From NCBI RefSeq assembly GCF_001447785.1, contig NW_015161498.1, positions 124,001-188,000 of the forward strand: 64,000 nt of DNA, given 5' to 3'. A program made the position numbers and the translations under genes. Below the pieces are notes generated by a model. The model ran no database searches, was not told the DNA's origin, and saw nothing but the letters and a program-made list of their open reading frames with translations. The stretch comes from Gekko japonicus (Eukaryota). Shown here one piece after another: positions 25,142-37,625 of the stretch; the stretch's first letter is position 1; each line of letters begins with the position of its first letter.

Positions 25142-25454
25142 TGTTGTCGAAGGCTTTGACGGCTGGGTTGTTGTAGATTTTCCAGGCTGTCTGGCTGTAG
25201 TCTTCTTGGCATTGTAGTACCTGAAGTTTCGCCAGCAGCTGTGACTGGCATCCGCAGAGGTATAACACAGAAAGACGGAGTACTCTCTGTGTCAATGTTG
25301 ACACACTGACATTGTTGACAACATTGACACAAAGAGTACTCCATCTTTCTGTGTTATACCTCTGCGGATGCCAGTCACAGCTGCTGGTGAAACGTCAGGT
25401 ACTACAATGCCAAGACCATGGCCAGACAGCCTGGAAAATCTACAACAACTAATG
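25142..25454. mobile_element. Penelope-like inverted terminal relic: ~283-bp palindrome with two hammerhead-like motifs
   Basis: Arms 25167-25300 and 25319-25449 are near-perfect reverse complements; flanking direct repeat CATGGAATA. Confidence 0.8.
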
Positions 25455-25819
25455 CATGGAATAGTTTTCTTTTGTCTGTTTTGAATCTGTTGCCCATTTA
25501 TTGTGTGATCATGAGTTCTAGTATTTTGGGAGAGGGAGAAAAAAACTTATCACCACATGTTTTCTCTGCTCCAGGCATAATTTTATAAATCTCTATCATG
25601 TCCCCCTCTTTTAGCCATCTTTTTGTTAGTCTGAAAAGTCCCAGACTCTTAAACCTTTCTTCACAGGAAAGTGCTCCAACCCATTAACCACCTCAGTCAC
25701 CCTCTTCTGTAGTTTTTCCAACTCTGCAATATCCTTTTTGAGATGGCAGCCAGAATTGCACACAATATTTCAACTGAGGCTGCACCATAGATCTATGCAG
25801 GTACATTATAATACAGGCA

Positions 25820-25973
25820 GATTCAGGTGGGTAGCCATGTTGGTCTGAAGCAATAGAACAAAGTTTGAGTCCAGGGGCACCCTTAAGACCAACAAGTTCA
25901 CGCACACAAAAGCTTATACCCAGAATTAAACTTTCTTAGTCTTAAAGGTGCCCGTGGACTCAACATTTGTTAC
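25820..25973. mobile_element. Short Penelope-like inverted fragment
   Basis: GAGTCCAGGGGCACCCTTAAGAC ... GTCTTAAAGGTGCCCGTGGACTC; flanked by AATACAGGCA repeats; same family as 20181-20270. Confidence 0.65.
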
Positions 25974-27392
25974 AATACAGGCAATTATTTTCAGCACCTT
26001 TCCTAGTAATCTCCAGCATGGAATTCGCCCTTTTCACCACTGTATCAGAGCTTTCAGTGACCTATCCATTTTGACCCCAAGAGCTCTTCCTCTCTCAGTT
26101 TCAGCAAGTTCAGGTTTTATTCCTACTCCTTCCTTCCTGCCATTTAACCAACGTTTAATTCATAAGACAAACCATCCCCTTATCCCATAATTGCTAAGAT
26201 GATCCAAGAGTCTGTAGCGAAGCACCTTGTCAAAAGACTTTCCAAAGTTCCAATATATAACATCTACCATGTTCAGTTTCTCAAAAGTAGTGAAGCAGGA
26301 CTTGCGCATTATTTCATTTCGCTGTGCATTATTCCGTTTGATTTTTTGTGCAAATTTTATTTGAAGGAACAAGCATTCTGGTTAACAGATTCCGTTCTGC
26401 AAGGTATAACCATCTCGGTAACATTCTTAACTAATACAGCAAATTCAAATTTCCCACGCTTTTGATTAACAGTGCTGAGGGAGCCGGGGGCACTGAATAC
26501 TGAACTAAAGTTCAAGGCCCTCAAAGTGTCATTTTCTCACAACTGAAAACAGCTGACCGCATCATTCCCATAGTGCACCTGGGGAGCATAAGAAGAGCTC
26601 TAAACGGGCCCGGCATCCTGTTGCCACGTGTGACCAGACAGAGGCTCCTCTCCACAAAGTACACAAGCAGCACATGCATATACAGCTCAGCTCTTTTTGG
26701 TTGTCCATCCTCCAGCATTTGGTATTCAGAGGCAGACTACCTCTGAACATGGAGGCTTCCCTGAGTTGTCCTAATAATAATTAATTATTATTGTCACATG
26801 GCATTATGTGTAGTGTAGCCAGGAGATCCAAAGATCATCTGGCAGTCTTCAGTTCTAACTCTTTTTGCATTGTGCACCACCAGGTGGTGAGCTAGACTTA
26901 TTTTTTAGGCTGAGAGAGTTCTGAGAGAGCTCTGACTGGCCCAAGGTCACCCAGCTGGCTTCAAGTGGAGGAGTGGAATCGAACTGGGTTCTCCAGATTA
27001 GAGTCCTATCACTCTTAACCACTACACCAGGCTGGCTCTCCTGAGTTGTCCTATCTGATAGCCCTGCAAAGACCACTGAAATCCCAGGAATCTCAGTTCT
27101 AAAGACCCCACCACACCCACAGCCCCCACATTCACTCACTTCCTTCTGCCTGTCCAGAAGCTTCACTTAGGTCCTCGAGTTATAGCGTGGGGGGGGGGGG
27201 GGGGGGGGCTATGCTGTCCATTGTATGTTCTCTGCCCTATAACTGAAGAGGTCAGGAGGAGGTGTAATGGGACGGCATTCATGCCTTGCTTTCACCTTCA
27301 AATCGCTTTCTGGGCGTTCCGCTGGGGATCAGGACTCCCAGGCAAGCTCCCCTCCCGCCCCCAGCCGCTTAACCCTTTCGACGCCGGCTTAC

Positions 27393-29802
27393 CACCAGAA
27401 TGGCGTTAAAGTGGTCGCTCTTCACTTTCTGCACCTGGATGCAGGAGGCGGGCACCTGCAACAAGCCGCCCCCTTTGGCCAGGTTGCCGGCAGCGTCTCC
27501 GTTGGGCACCAGGTTGTTGTTGCTGCTGGGCCCCACGCCCAGCGCCGCCCGGTACAGGTAGGTGTGCGTCAGCTTGCCCATGCCGGCGATCTCGACCATC
27601 TCCGGGGTGAAGTGGGAGCCGGGCAGCATGCGCACGTTGTAGCGGTACTTCTCGTACTCGTCGCCGGGGCAGCAGCAGGAGCAGCCGGAGCAGGGGCGGG
27701 CGGGTCCGGGCCGGGCGTGGAGGAGGCGCAGGGCCAGCAGCACCAGGAGGAAGCCCAGGAAGACGCAGGAGAGGCAGCCCAGCGAGACGATCAGGTAGAA
27801 GTTGAGGCGGGGGGGGGGCTGGGNNNNNNNNNNNNNNNNNNNNNNNNNNNNNNNNNNNNNNNNNNGGCTCGCCGCGGTCCGTCACCAGCACCACCACCTT
27901 GTGCTTGAGCGCGTCGCTGGAGCGCAGCGCGCGGGCCGTCCGCACCTCGCCGGCGTCGGGGGAGACGCGGAAGAGGCTGGCGTCGGAGGCCTGGAGCAGG
28001 TGGTAGGAGAGCCAGGCGTTCTGGCCGCTGTCCGGGTCGTGGGCCACCACCTTGGTGACCAGGTAGTCGGCGTCGGCCAGGCGCGGGACGATCTCCACGG
28101 CCACCGAGCCGTTCCGCGGGGCCGCCGCCGGGTAGAGGATGACCGGGGCGTTGTCGTTCTGGTCCAGGACGGTGATGCTGACCAGGAAGGCGGCGGCCAG
28201 GGCGGGCGAGCCGTGGTCCTGGGCCTCCACCTGGAAGTGGAAGCTCTGCAGGCGCTCGAAGTCGAAGGCGGCCTTGGCGAAGACGGTGCCGGCCTCGGCG
28301 TCGATGGCCAGGTAGGAGGAGAGGGCGCTGCCCTGGATGTCGATGTCGCGCAGGAGGTAGGAGACGCGGCCGTTCTCGCCCAGGTCCGGGTCGGAGGCCG
28401 ACACGTGGAAGAGGGAGGCGCCGGGCGGGTTGTTCTCCGCCACCTCCACCTGGCGCCGCTGGGTGAGGAAGCGGGGCGGGTTGTCGTTCACGTCGGCGAC
28501 CTGGAGGCGCAGCGTCCGCCGGCTGGCCATGGGCGGCGAGCCCAGGTCGGAGGCCGTCAGGGTGATGTTGTACTCGGCCACCCGCTCGCGGTCCAGCAGG
28601 CCGCTGGTGACCAGCGAGTAGTAGCTGTCGAAGGAGGACTTGAGCTGGAAGGGCAGCTGGGTGGGCAGCTGGCAGATGACGCGCCCGTTCTCGCCGGGGT
28701 CGCGGTCGGTGATGCTCAGGAGGGCGATGACGGTGCCCAGCGGGGCGTCCTCGGGGACGGGGCTGGAGAGGGAGGTCACCACGATCTCCGGCGCGTGGTT
28801 GTTCACGTCGCTGACGTCCACCAGCAGCTTGGCCAGGCCGGAGAGGCCGAAGAGGCCCCGGTCGCGGGCCTCGACGAAGAGCTCCAGCGGCGGCGCCTGC
28901 CCGTCCAGGGGCCCGCCGAGGCGCACCTCCCCGCTCTGCGGGTCCAGGAGGAAGAGGCGGCGCAGCTCGGCCGGCGTGCTGTTGCTGAAGGCGTAGCGCA
29001 CCTCGCCGTTGGCGCCCTCGTCCGGGTCGGTGGCGCGCAGGCGGGTGACCGGCGTGCCCGGCGGGGCGTCCTCGGGGACGCTGGCCCGGTAGACGGAGTG
29101 CTCGAAGACGGGCGCGTTGTCGTTGGTGTCCAGCACCGTCACCAGGACCTGGGCGCTGCCCGAGCGGGCCGGGCTGCCGCCGTCGAGGGCGGTGAGGGCG
29201 AGGCGGTGGGTGGCCTGGCGCTCGCGGTCGAGGGGCCGCTCCAGCACCAGCTCCGGGTAGCTGCTGCCGTCGCCGCGCGTCTGCATGGCCAGGCCGAAGT
29301 GGGGGTCCGGGCTGAGGGCGTAGCTCTGCACGCCGTGGGGGCCCTCGTCCGGGTCGTGGGCGCTGGGCAGGGCGAAGCGGGCGCCGGCCGCCAGGAACTC
29401 GGCCACGCGGAAGTGGTACTCGGGCAGCGGGAAGCGGGGCGCGTGGTCGTTGACGTCCAGGACGCGGACGCGCAGCTTGTGCAGCTCCAGCGGGTTCTCC
29501 AGCACCAGCTCGTAGCTGAGGGCGCAGGCCGGCTGCAGCGCGCAGATCGCCTCCCGGTCCACCGGCTCGCCCACCGCCAGCGCCCCGCTGGACGCCTCCA
29601 GGAGGAAGTAGGCCGGCCCCGGCCCCCCGCCCACCAGGCGCCCCCGGCGGGAGGGCAGCGCGGACGCCTCCAGGCCCAGGTCGCGGGCCACGTTGCCCAC
29701 CGGCGCGCCGCGCGGCGTCTCCTCGGCGATGGCGTACTCCACCTGGCCCTGCGCGCCGCACGACGAGACCAGGCAGCAGCACGCCAGGAGGTAGAGCCGC
29801 AT
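27393..29802 (-). CDS. PCDHAC1: Protocadherin alpha-C1 variable exon (signal peptide, EC1-6, TM, variable cytoplasmic domain)
   Basis: ATG at 29802 (MRLYLLACCCLVSSCGAQGQVEY); diagnostic alphaC1 motifs YELVLENPLELHK, EFLAAGARF, SNSTPAELRR, TYLYRAALG, PASCIQV; ends at phase-0 donor GTG|GTAAGC (27393). The frame change coincides with N gap 27824-27865. Confidence 0.95.
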
Positions 29803-30310
29803 GCTGCCCTCAGCTCCCCCCGCAGCCGGCCGGCATCCTCCGGCGGGCCGCCACCGCCTAGCGCGGCCCCCGAGCGCCGCCGCCGCCGCCCGCTTCCATG
29901 GCTCGCCTCGCCTCGCCCGCCTAGTGCTGCTGAGCCAGCNNNNNNNNNNNNNNNNNNNNNNNNNNNNNNNNNNNNNNNNNNNNNNNNNNNNNNNNNNNNN
30001 NNNNNNNNNNNNNNNNNNNNNNNNNNNNNNNNNNNNNNNNNNNNNNNNNNNNNNNNNNNNNNNNNNNNNNNNNNNNNNNNNNNNNNNNNNNNNNNNNNNN
30101 NNNNGCCGGCCCGCTCCTGCGCACGGGGATGGGCCGAGAGTCCGGCGGCTTTGGGGCTGCTGCTGGGGGACGCGCGGGAGCGGCTCCGCGGTGTCGCCTT
30201 CGTCGTCGCCGCCGCGCTTTGGAAGCGGCGCACTGGGCGGAAAGGGGCCCGAGTCGCCCGTGGTTGAGAACGCCTCCCCCCGCCCCAAGACGTGGAGAGA
30301 ACTTCCAGGG

Positions 30311-30535
30311 CAGTGTTCCCTCTAAGCGGGCAGTGTTCCCTCTAAGCTGAGTCGGTGTGAGCTAGCTCCCAGTTTTTTAGCCTCTGGCTCACACTTTTTT
30401 GTCTCAGCTCAGGAAGGAGGGCTCCAGAGCAAACTGATTTCTGCAGGAGCCAAATCGCTCGCTCACAACTTTAATGCCCTTAGTTCACAAGGTAGAATTT
30501 TTGCTCAGAGACTCCAGAGCTTAGAGGGAACATTG
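30311..30535. mobile_element. hAT-type MITE family B with duplicated left TIR, in the alphaC1 upstream region
   Basis: CAGTGTTCCCTCTAAGC at 30311 and 30331; ends CTTAGAGGGAACATTG; no clear TSD. Confidence 0.85.
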
Positions 30536-33369
30536 GCTGCGGGCCAGGGAAGTGCGGGACGCCCGGTCCTTCGCTCTTTCCCCCGGCGGTCCAGCGGACT
30601 GCCCTGCGGCAAACGTCCCAGAAAGGGCTGCCCAGCCAGGCAGTCTCCTCCTCGGTCCCCGTCCTTCCTGCTTAGCGAAAACGACAGGTCGAGACTTCGG
30701 TGCTCCCCGTCCTGGAAGGGGATGCCCACGGCCAGGAGAACTCCCCTTCCCCCCCCCAAAAAAAAGGCCCAGCCTGGGATCCCCCTAGGCTCCCTCCCCC
30801 AGTTGGGAGCGGCAATGCCGTGGCTGCTGCATGGCGATCCTTGGGTCGAGGCTCGCTCCGGGTCTTCGGCCAGATGCCCCTCGAAAGAGCCTCCCTCGCC
30901 GTCGGGCCCGCGCTCACCCGCCAGCCGGTCCGAGGGCGACGGAGCCAGAGGCGCGATGGTTGCAAGGCCGGGAGCCGCGTGAGAACGGGAGAAGAGGAGA
31001 ATCCCAGAATCCAGATTCTCCTGCGCAGGGACTTGGGAAGGTTGCTTGCTGGCCAGAGGCTGGGGGAGAGGAGGGGACCGCTCGGGGCCGGCAGGAGGGC
31101 CACCTGAGGACGGGATTTCAAAACTTCCAAAGCTAAGAACCAACCGGAATCTCGTCCTAATCCTTCCCCCCCCCAAAAAAAAGCAGACTCTCATCCAAGA
31201 GCGCGCAAGCTTCCCGGTTCCCCACCGCTCTAGGGTGGTGGCAGGAGCCAGGATCCAAAGAAAACCCCTCCCGGAGGTGGCGTCTCCAGGAGCTCCTCCC
31301 TCGCCGGCAACTGGCGGGGTCTTCCAGGCAGACTTCAGCTCCAGGGGAGGTGGCGGTGCGGGCAGAGGACGGGGCTGCCTCCCGCGCCGGAGGAGGGAGG
31401 AGCGAGCCCTCAAGACCACGCCCCCTTTGAGAACAGTCCTCCAGCTCGTCGCGCTCCGCCGGACTGGGCTGTGCGGGAAGAAGTGGCTTCGGGGCGGCGA
31501 GTCCCAGCTCCTCCAGCGGCCGGCCCGCAGCTCCTTTCCGCACAGCCGCCGCGGGTCCCTTTCCGCCTTCGGGAGTCTCCGCGCCGACCGACCCGACAGC
31601 TCTGGGTGGAGAAGCTGCAGGTCTCCCCGGACGCCGCCGATCCACTATAGCCACCCGTCGCTGCCTCTCCCGCAGGCTGCCCTGGCCGGACGGATCTCTC
31701 GCGCTCCCGGCCACAGCAACGCGAAGCTTCCGAAGCCAAATCCCCGCGGGAGCAAACGGCCGGAGACGCCGCATGCGGGGAACCTTCGCTTGGAGGGGCG
31801 GCGACCGCGAAGCCAAGGGGAGCCTGAGCCGACATCCCTCCCCGTCTCTCCTCCTGCTTCGTAGGGGTCTCCCCTCCCCCGCCCCGCAGAATCTGGGGAG
31901 AGTCGCCGAGCCGAGAGAGAGGCGCGAAGTGCTCTAGCTGTGGCGGACCCTCCCCCCTCCTTCTGATGCCTCGCTCTGGGGCTCCTTGGGGCGCGCAGGA
32001 AACTAGGGGAAGGGGGGGTGGGAACGGGACGTGAAGTGCTGCCTGCTCGGGAGTGAGGGTAGAAGGAGCCGCTCCTCGCCCTTCACAAGCAGACCCCCCT
32101 TCCACTCCCCCATCTGCACTTTTGGCCTTTTCCAAACGGGGGGGGAATGCAGGGGATGCGGTGTCTCACTTCACTCGAGGAGGTCACCAAGCCAGGAGGA
32201 AATCTTTCCAGAAAAGAGGGGTTATTCGAGGATGGGGGGAGTTAGGGGGTAGGGGGAGGTGGCTGAAAACGTGGCTAGAATCACACCAGGGCATGAAGCT
32301 GCCTTCAGACCAGGAGACCATCAAGGTCAGTATTGTTCCCCCTCTCCCGGGTCTCAGTCTTCCACCTCACCTGCTGCCTGATCCTTGTAACTGGGGCTGT
32401 GTTGGCAATGGAACCTGGGGCCCTGCCCCTGTGCCACAGAGCACCCTGATCCACCCTGGGTGCAAGGTGTGCACAAGGGGCTTGCATCCCACACAGGTCT
32501 TCCCACAGGCTGGCTGGCTGCGTGGAACAGCACCTTTTCCAGAGGAGAGGGTCAGGAGGCTGGCACTTGCTTGTGCCCACCAGAAGGAACCAGGCCTGGG
32601 TGTTGCCACCAGTCTGACACCAGCGACCAGGTGTGCCAGGAGAGAGCTAGAACTTTGCTGTGGAAACTGCAGCTTCTTTAAAGGAACCCCACCACACCAC
32701 CAGATTCTTTGCCCAAAAAAGGGCATGGAAAAGGGTGCTTTTTGGTGGCTGGCCCCTGTGCATGGGGGTGTTTCTGCTGGAGGGCAGCAGCTGGTCCTCA
32801 TGAGGCGTCCCCAGCTAGCTCTTGTCATCCAAGCACTTACATAGGGCGGTAAGCCCCTTCCCTAACTATTCAGGTTTCATTTTTTAAAAAAAAAGTAGCT
32901 TCCCTGTCTTCCTGAAATGGACTTAAGTGAAAGCTTCCTGAGGGAAGGAGCAGATCACCATCCAGATGAACTCTTCACCCCCCCCCCAAAGATTCATGTT
33001 CCCTGAAAGCAGGAGTGGATGCAATGGGAGCCACTCGTGGGGCATTTTCCAATGGACCCCCTGTTGGGTGTTACAAGTTAAAATTACACTCAGTATTTCT
33101 GGGGTTAAATGTTTGTTTGTGTTGTCACAGGAAGTCACATGTGTTTTATGTAGCCAATGTTAGTTTAGAACTACAAGCCCGGGGAAATCATCCCTGATCT
33201 AGGAGTTTGATTGGAGTGATAGTGTCAAAGTGTTTTAGCATTTTATGGCTTCTCTTCCCGTCTTTGTTTGCTGTTCTCAAGAAGAAGTAGAGAAGCCATT
33301 ATCGCTCTCTTCTAGTCTTGTCTTTGTAGTGTAAAGATGTTAGCTGTTTAGCTCTGTTGTTATTTTCAT

Positions 33370-33750
33370 CCCAGTTACCCTTCCCTATGCTAGAATGTGG
33401 TAGTAAAATGTAGTAAAAACTACATTTTAAACACACATGGTATTTTAAAGTATTTTAAACACACATGGGCTCTGAGTCTGAATTATTTTACTCTGGCATT
33501 GCTAAGCTATTTTCTCTCTGCAAAAAACCAAGTTTTTATTTTAAACACACATGGGCTCTGAGTCTGAATTATTTCTTCCCAGTTACCCTTCCCTATGCTA
33601 GAATGTGGTAGTAAAATGTAGTAAAAACTACATTTTAAACACACATGGTATTTTAAAGTATTTTAAACACACATGGGCTCTGAGTCTGAATTATTTTACT
33701 CTGGCACTGCTAAGCTATTTTATCTCTGCTGAAAACCAAGTTTTATTTTT
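33370..33750. repeat. Local ~190-bp tandem duplication
   Basis: CCCAGTTACCCTTCCCTATGCTAGAATG...AAAACCAAGTTTTATT occurs at ~33370 and ~33578. Confidence 0.8.
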
Positions 33751-34204
33751 AAAAACCCCAACACCCCCTACTGCCTGCTGCTTGCTAGGACCTTTGTGAA
33801 TAGCATCAGGTTCTGTGGAGTGTGGTCTGTTCCAGCAAGGCACTTCTTAGGTTCTGAAGTAAAAGGGGGGGGGGGCATTAGAGAGCTCTTCCACCAGGCC
33901 TTTGGGTAGGGAGCCGCACCTATAAATCTAAGACCCTGTGCCCAATACCACCATCCAGCCTGAGCTTGGCAGCAAGAAAAATCATTTGTTGACTGTAATC
34001 TATATGTTTCCTGCTACTGTGCACCGCCATCGTTATATAAACTGGTTGTAGTAATTATGTTGTGTTTTATGGGGATATTTATACTGATGTTTTTATCTGT
34101 TATTGACTTGTTGCAATTTTATCTAAGCCGCCCTGAGCCTGCTCCAGCGGGGAGGGCGAGGTACAAATCAAACTAAATAAATAAAATAAATTATTGCTCT
34201 TTGA

Positions 34205-34917
34205 GTCACTTAGAGGAGGGCAGGGAGCTGTTCCTGTTGGCAGCAGAGGAGAGGACTCACAATGATGGGTTTAAATCAGGGCTATTTTTGGGCAGGAACG
34301 CACAGGAACAGAGTTCCAGCTGGCTCCCAAGTTGGCCACGCCCAGCAGGAACTCATTAGCATAATAGGCCACACCCAACAGCAGGAACTCATTAGGATTG
34401 GCTACATTAGGGGTGTGTGGCCTAACATGCAAAGGCGTTCCTGCTACAAAAAAAGGCCCTGGGTTTTGACAACAAACAAGGTAAACAGAATAACAAGCAA
34501 AAGGAGGGTGTGGCTGGATGACCACACTTCTGGTAACATGGGGGTGTGTCCTAATGTGCTAATGAGCTGTGCTGTCAGGGGTGTGGCCCAATATGCTAAT
34601 GAGTTCCTGCTGTTGGGTGTGGCCTATTATGCTAATGAGCTCCTGCTAGGCTTTTTCTACAAAAAGAGCCCTGGTTTAAATTATGGGCAGAAAGGTACCG
34701 GCTGAATATTAGGAAAACGTTTTTGCAGTAAGAGTAGTTCAGCACTGGAGTAGACTGCCTAGAGAGGTGGGTGAGCTCCCCCTCACTGGCAGTCTTCAAG
34801 CAGCGGCTGGACAAACGCTTGTGAGGGATGCTCTGGGTCGACCCTGCATTGAGCAGAGGGTTGGACTAGGCGATCCCTTCCTTCCAACTCTGTGATTCGA
34901 TGCGTCTGTTCTATGAT
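34205..34917 (+). mobile_element. CR1 LINE 3' end, interrupted by MITE 34277-34673
   Basis: ATTAGGAAAACG...CTGCCTAGAGAGGTGGTG...TTCCAACTCTGTGATTC..TTCTATGAT, a CR1 3' signature. Confidence 0.78.
34277..34673. mobile_element. hAT-type MITE, family A3
   Basis: Perfect TSD GTTTAAAT. Confidence 0.88.
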
Positions 34918-36346
34918 CTCATAGCACAGAAAAAGCCATGCTTTAACTGTGTAAAACTAAGTATACTGAGTATACATTAATGCTTTGCACATCTGAAGTC
35001 TGAAAATTCAAAACACAGAGATTCTAGACCATACAAAATGGAAGTAAGCCTGCCTTCACTTTTAACACCTCTCTCTACTCATTTTTATGTCCCCTATGTC
35101 TGGAACAACTTCCCTGCCTTCCCTTCCTCCCCTCTCCAGTTTATCTCTTCCTTTCTTTCCTCTGCCTCTAGGATGATATAACTGTATGCTCCTTGGGTAT
35201 GTCTTGGTTAACTGTTAAAACTGTCAAACGTTAACGCCATTTGAAGAGAGATGAGGTTTATTCTGCCAGTAACTAGTAAATAAAGTAGTTTTGATCAAAA
35301 TTAAAGTGTCCTGGTCTTCCTTCCTTCTCTCTGATAGGACTGGTCAACTTTGACATCATGGTATATTCACTTTATTTTTCCATTTTGTAGGGGGATGTTT
35401 TGTGTTAACTTGTGCCGAGTTGTTGCAATCAAGAGAGTCAATGGTGGCAGTTGCATGCGCCAGTTGAATGGTGGCAGTTGCACGCGCCCTGCAGAGGAAC
35501 TTGACATGCAGTTGCGAGATCACACCTCCCTTTGTAGCTGCGGGCTCAGCCCGTCACTGTGTGATCAGACGCAACTGCGGGTGAGTCTCTCTTTTTTTGG
35601 CTGTTTGTTTCCCTTGTGCATAAACGAGGATTCACACCTCCGCAGTGAGGGCCCCCTATGGAGTATGCGATGATGAGCATACTGGGGGGGGGGGCGGACA
35701 ACGTCACCGAGCTGGGATGGCCTGATCAGACCTTTCCGATGGCATGCTTGCATGATCAGACAGGGGAAAGTCCGTCCGTGGCCCGTAGCAACCCGTTTAC
35801 TACTGGACTTTCCCCAGTGTCTTTTAACTCCGCTTCCGTGGCAGAGCAGCAGGAGTTGCTGATGACTATGGCATGCTTCCCAGATGTTTCTGTCTGATTG
35901 CTCCCTTTAAAACAGTCAGGCATTTGCACCTATGTAAGATCTAAAGGTGCGTGTGATCACAGCCAATATGTACTTAACACAGAGTACACCCAATAAACTC
36001 AGCACACATTCTTCTACGTAGACATGCATAGGACTGATCCGCTTATGAGTTGACCAAGATATTATCTTTCCATTTTAGTTATGCCCTCCCTCCACAATTC
36101 AGGGACTAACATGTTGCTAATGAGCCACCTCTCTGCACCTTCTCTTAAAGTGCTGAAAGCAGTTCTTGTAGCTGAGAATTGGGATGTGAGAGTTCAGGAA
36201 TAATAATGGTGATTCTCATCACACTGCTGTTTTCATGTTACTCCTGCGCACTGCTTAGGTGGAGGGGAAAGCGCACAGCAAAGAGCAGCAAGAAGGTGAA
36301 GAGCAAGCTGAGGGGGAGGAGCCTCTGATCATATTCAACACACAAC

Positions 36347-36615
36347 AGCAGTGGGGAACAATGCTTTGTGAGCTATTGGCATTCAAGCTGTGAGCAAGCG
36401 ATTTGGCCACTGCATGAATTAGTTTGCTCTGGAGACATCCTTCCTGAGCAAAGATGAAAATGTGTGAGCTGGAGGCTAGAAAACTGTGAGCTAGCTCACA
36501 CTAAATCAGCTTAGAGGGAACACTGCTCTGGAGCCATCCTTCCTGAGCGAAGACAAAAACGTGTGAGCCAGAGGCTAAAAAACTGTGAGCCTAGATCACA
36601 CTAACTCAGGGGGAA
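36347..36615. mobile_element. Family B MITE, inverted and decayed, plus a partial second copy
   Basis: Ends GCTTAGAGGGAACACTG at 36525; internal part repeated after it. Confidence 0.7.
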
Positions 36616-37625
36616 ATTCAAAAGGAGTCAGTTTTGGAAGTTGCCCTGGATTGTCTCATGTGCTGAAGACCACACACCAAGCCAACACATGTCCTTTGGC
36701 AAGCAGAAGCTACGTAGCTCTGGAACTGTTGAAGGAACCATTAAAATGCTCTCCCACTTCTTTTACTGTATTTACTTTGTTATTATTCCTGTTTTACTCA
36801 GGAGGAAATAAAGCTCTTGTTCTCATGGAAAATGGATGATGTTTGATTTGAGGGAAGAAGTAAAATAATTGTTCCATCTAACCTCCCACCAAACACCTCG
36901 CCTTCAATGCTGGCAGTGCCCTGTCTATCTGTTCTGGGCTCTGAACTTCTTGTCCCTTCTTGCACATGGTTGTTAAACATCTAAGAAGGGTGAAAACAAT
37001 GTGGCCGTTTGAATCAGGAGGGGTATCTAGTTTTCTCAAAAAACAGAATGCGAGCCTCATATTTCAGATGTCAAAGAACCCAAAAGACCAGTGTCTACAG
37101 TGCAGCGAATCACTGCAATTATTACTTCTTTGCCAATACATCATAATCCTAAATGGTTCACCTCAACATCATTCCTGCAATGAAAGCAGAATCCTGGAAT
37201 GCCTAGTCTGACTGCCAAATCCCACTGAAGTTTCATCTCAGCCTTTCTTCCACAACCACATGGTGACCAGGATGAAGGTCACACAAAAACTATCCAAGTG
37301 CTTTGCATGGATATCTTGACATTATTTTCACAGTTGAAACGATTAGTTGAAAAGTCTCCTGAACTTCACTGGGACATTTATTAAGAAACACACGTAACAT
37401 CTGGACATCTGCAACTGTAAACATAGCCAGAAGCGATATGGAGGAATATTGGGATGAGCTCTGAATGGCACTGAAAATGCCTTCCCTGTCTGAGATAAGT
37501 AAGCAATATACAGATATTTAGGAACTGCACAGAATAACCAAATAGTGCACACTTAGCATTAAAAACATTACCATACAGCAACAGAAAATAATTAAAGAGA
37601 GACCTGGATAAGATAAAGCACTTAG

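Larger units (their letters stand above)
24870..26270 (-). mobile_element. Decayed CR1 LINE (RT and 3' end) interrupted by two Penelope-like insertions
   Basis: Minus-strand VDVIYWNFGKSFDKV (cf. YLDFSKAFDKV) and LYRSMVQPQLKYCVQFW-like CR1 motifs. Confidence 0.75.
27250..32050. promoter_or_regulatory. Large CpG island spanning the alphaC1 exon and ~2.2 kb upstream
   Basis: Extremely GC/CpG-rich, interrupted only by a gap and a MITE; boundaries approximate. Confidence 0.8.

Noticed and set aside
27824-27865. Apparent frameshift making alphaC1 a pseudogene
   Set aside because: The frame change falls exactly in an N gap that is shorter than the expected missing sequence; both sides are intact.
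27802-30267. 821-aa plus-strand ORF and 663-aa alternate-frame ORF over alphaC1
   Set aside because: Shadow ORFs: extreme GC3 removes stops in other frames; the products are low-complexity with no domain.
29803-30288. 162-aa N-terminal extension of alphaC1 in the ORF track
   Set aside because: Non-ATG start read through an N gap; the signal peptide begins at ATG 29802.
30505-32844. Several 150-300 aa ORFs upstream of alphaC1, or a relic Pcdh exon
   Set aside because: No cadherin motifs (DxNDN, LDRE) or other domains; expected in CpG-island DNA.
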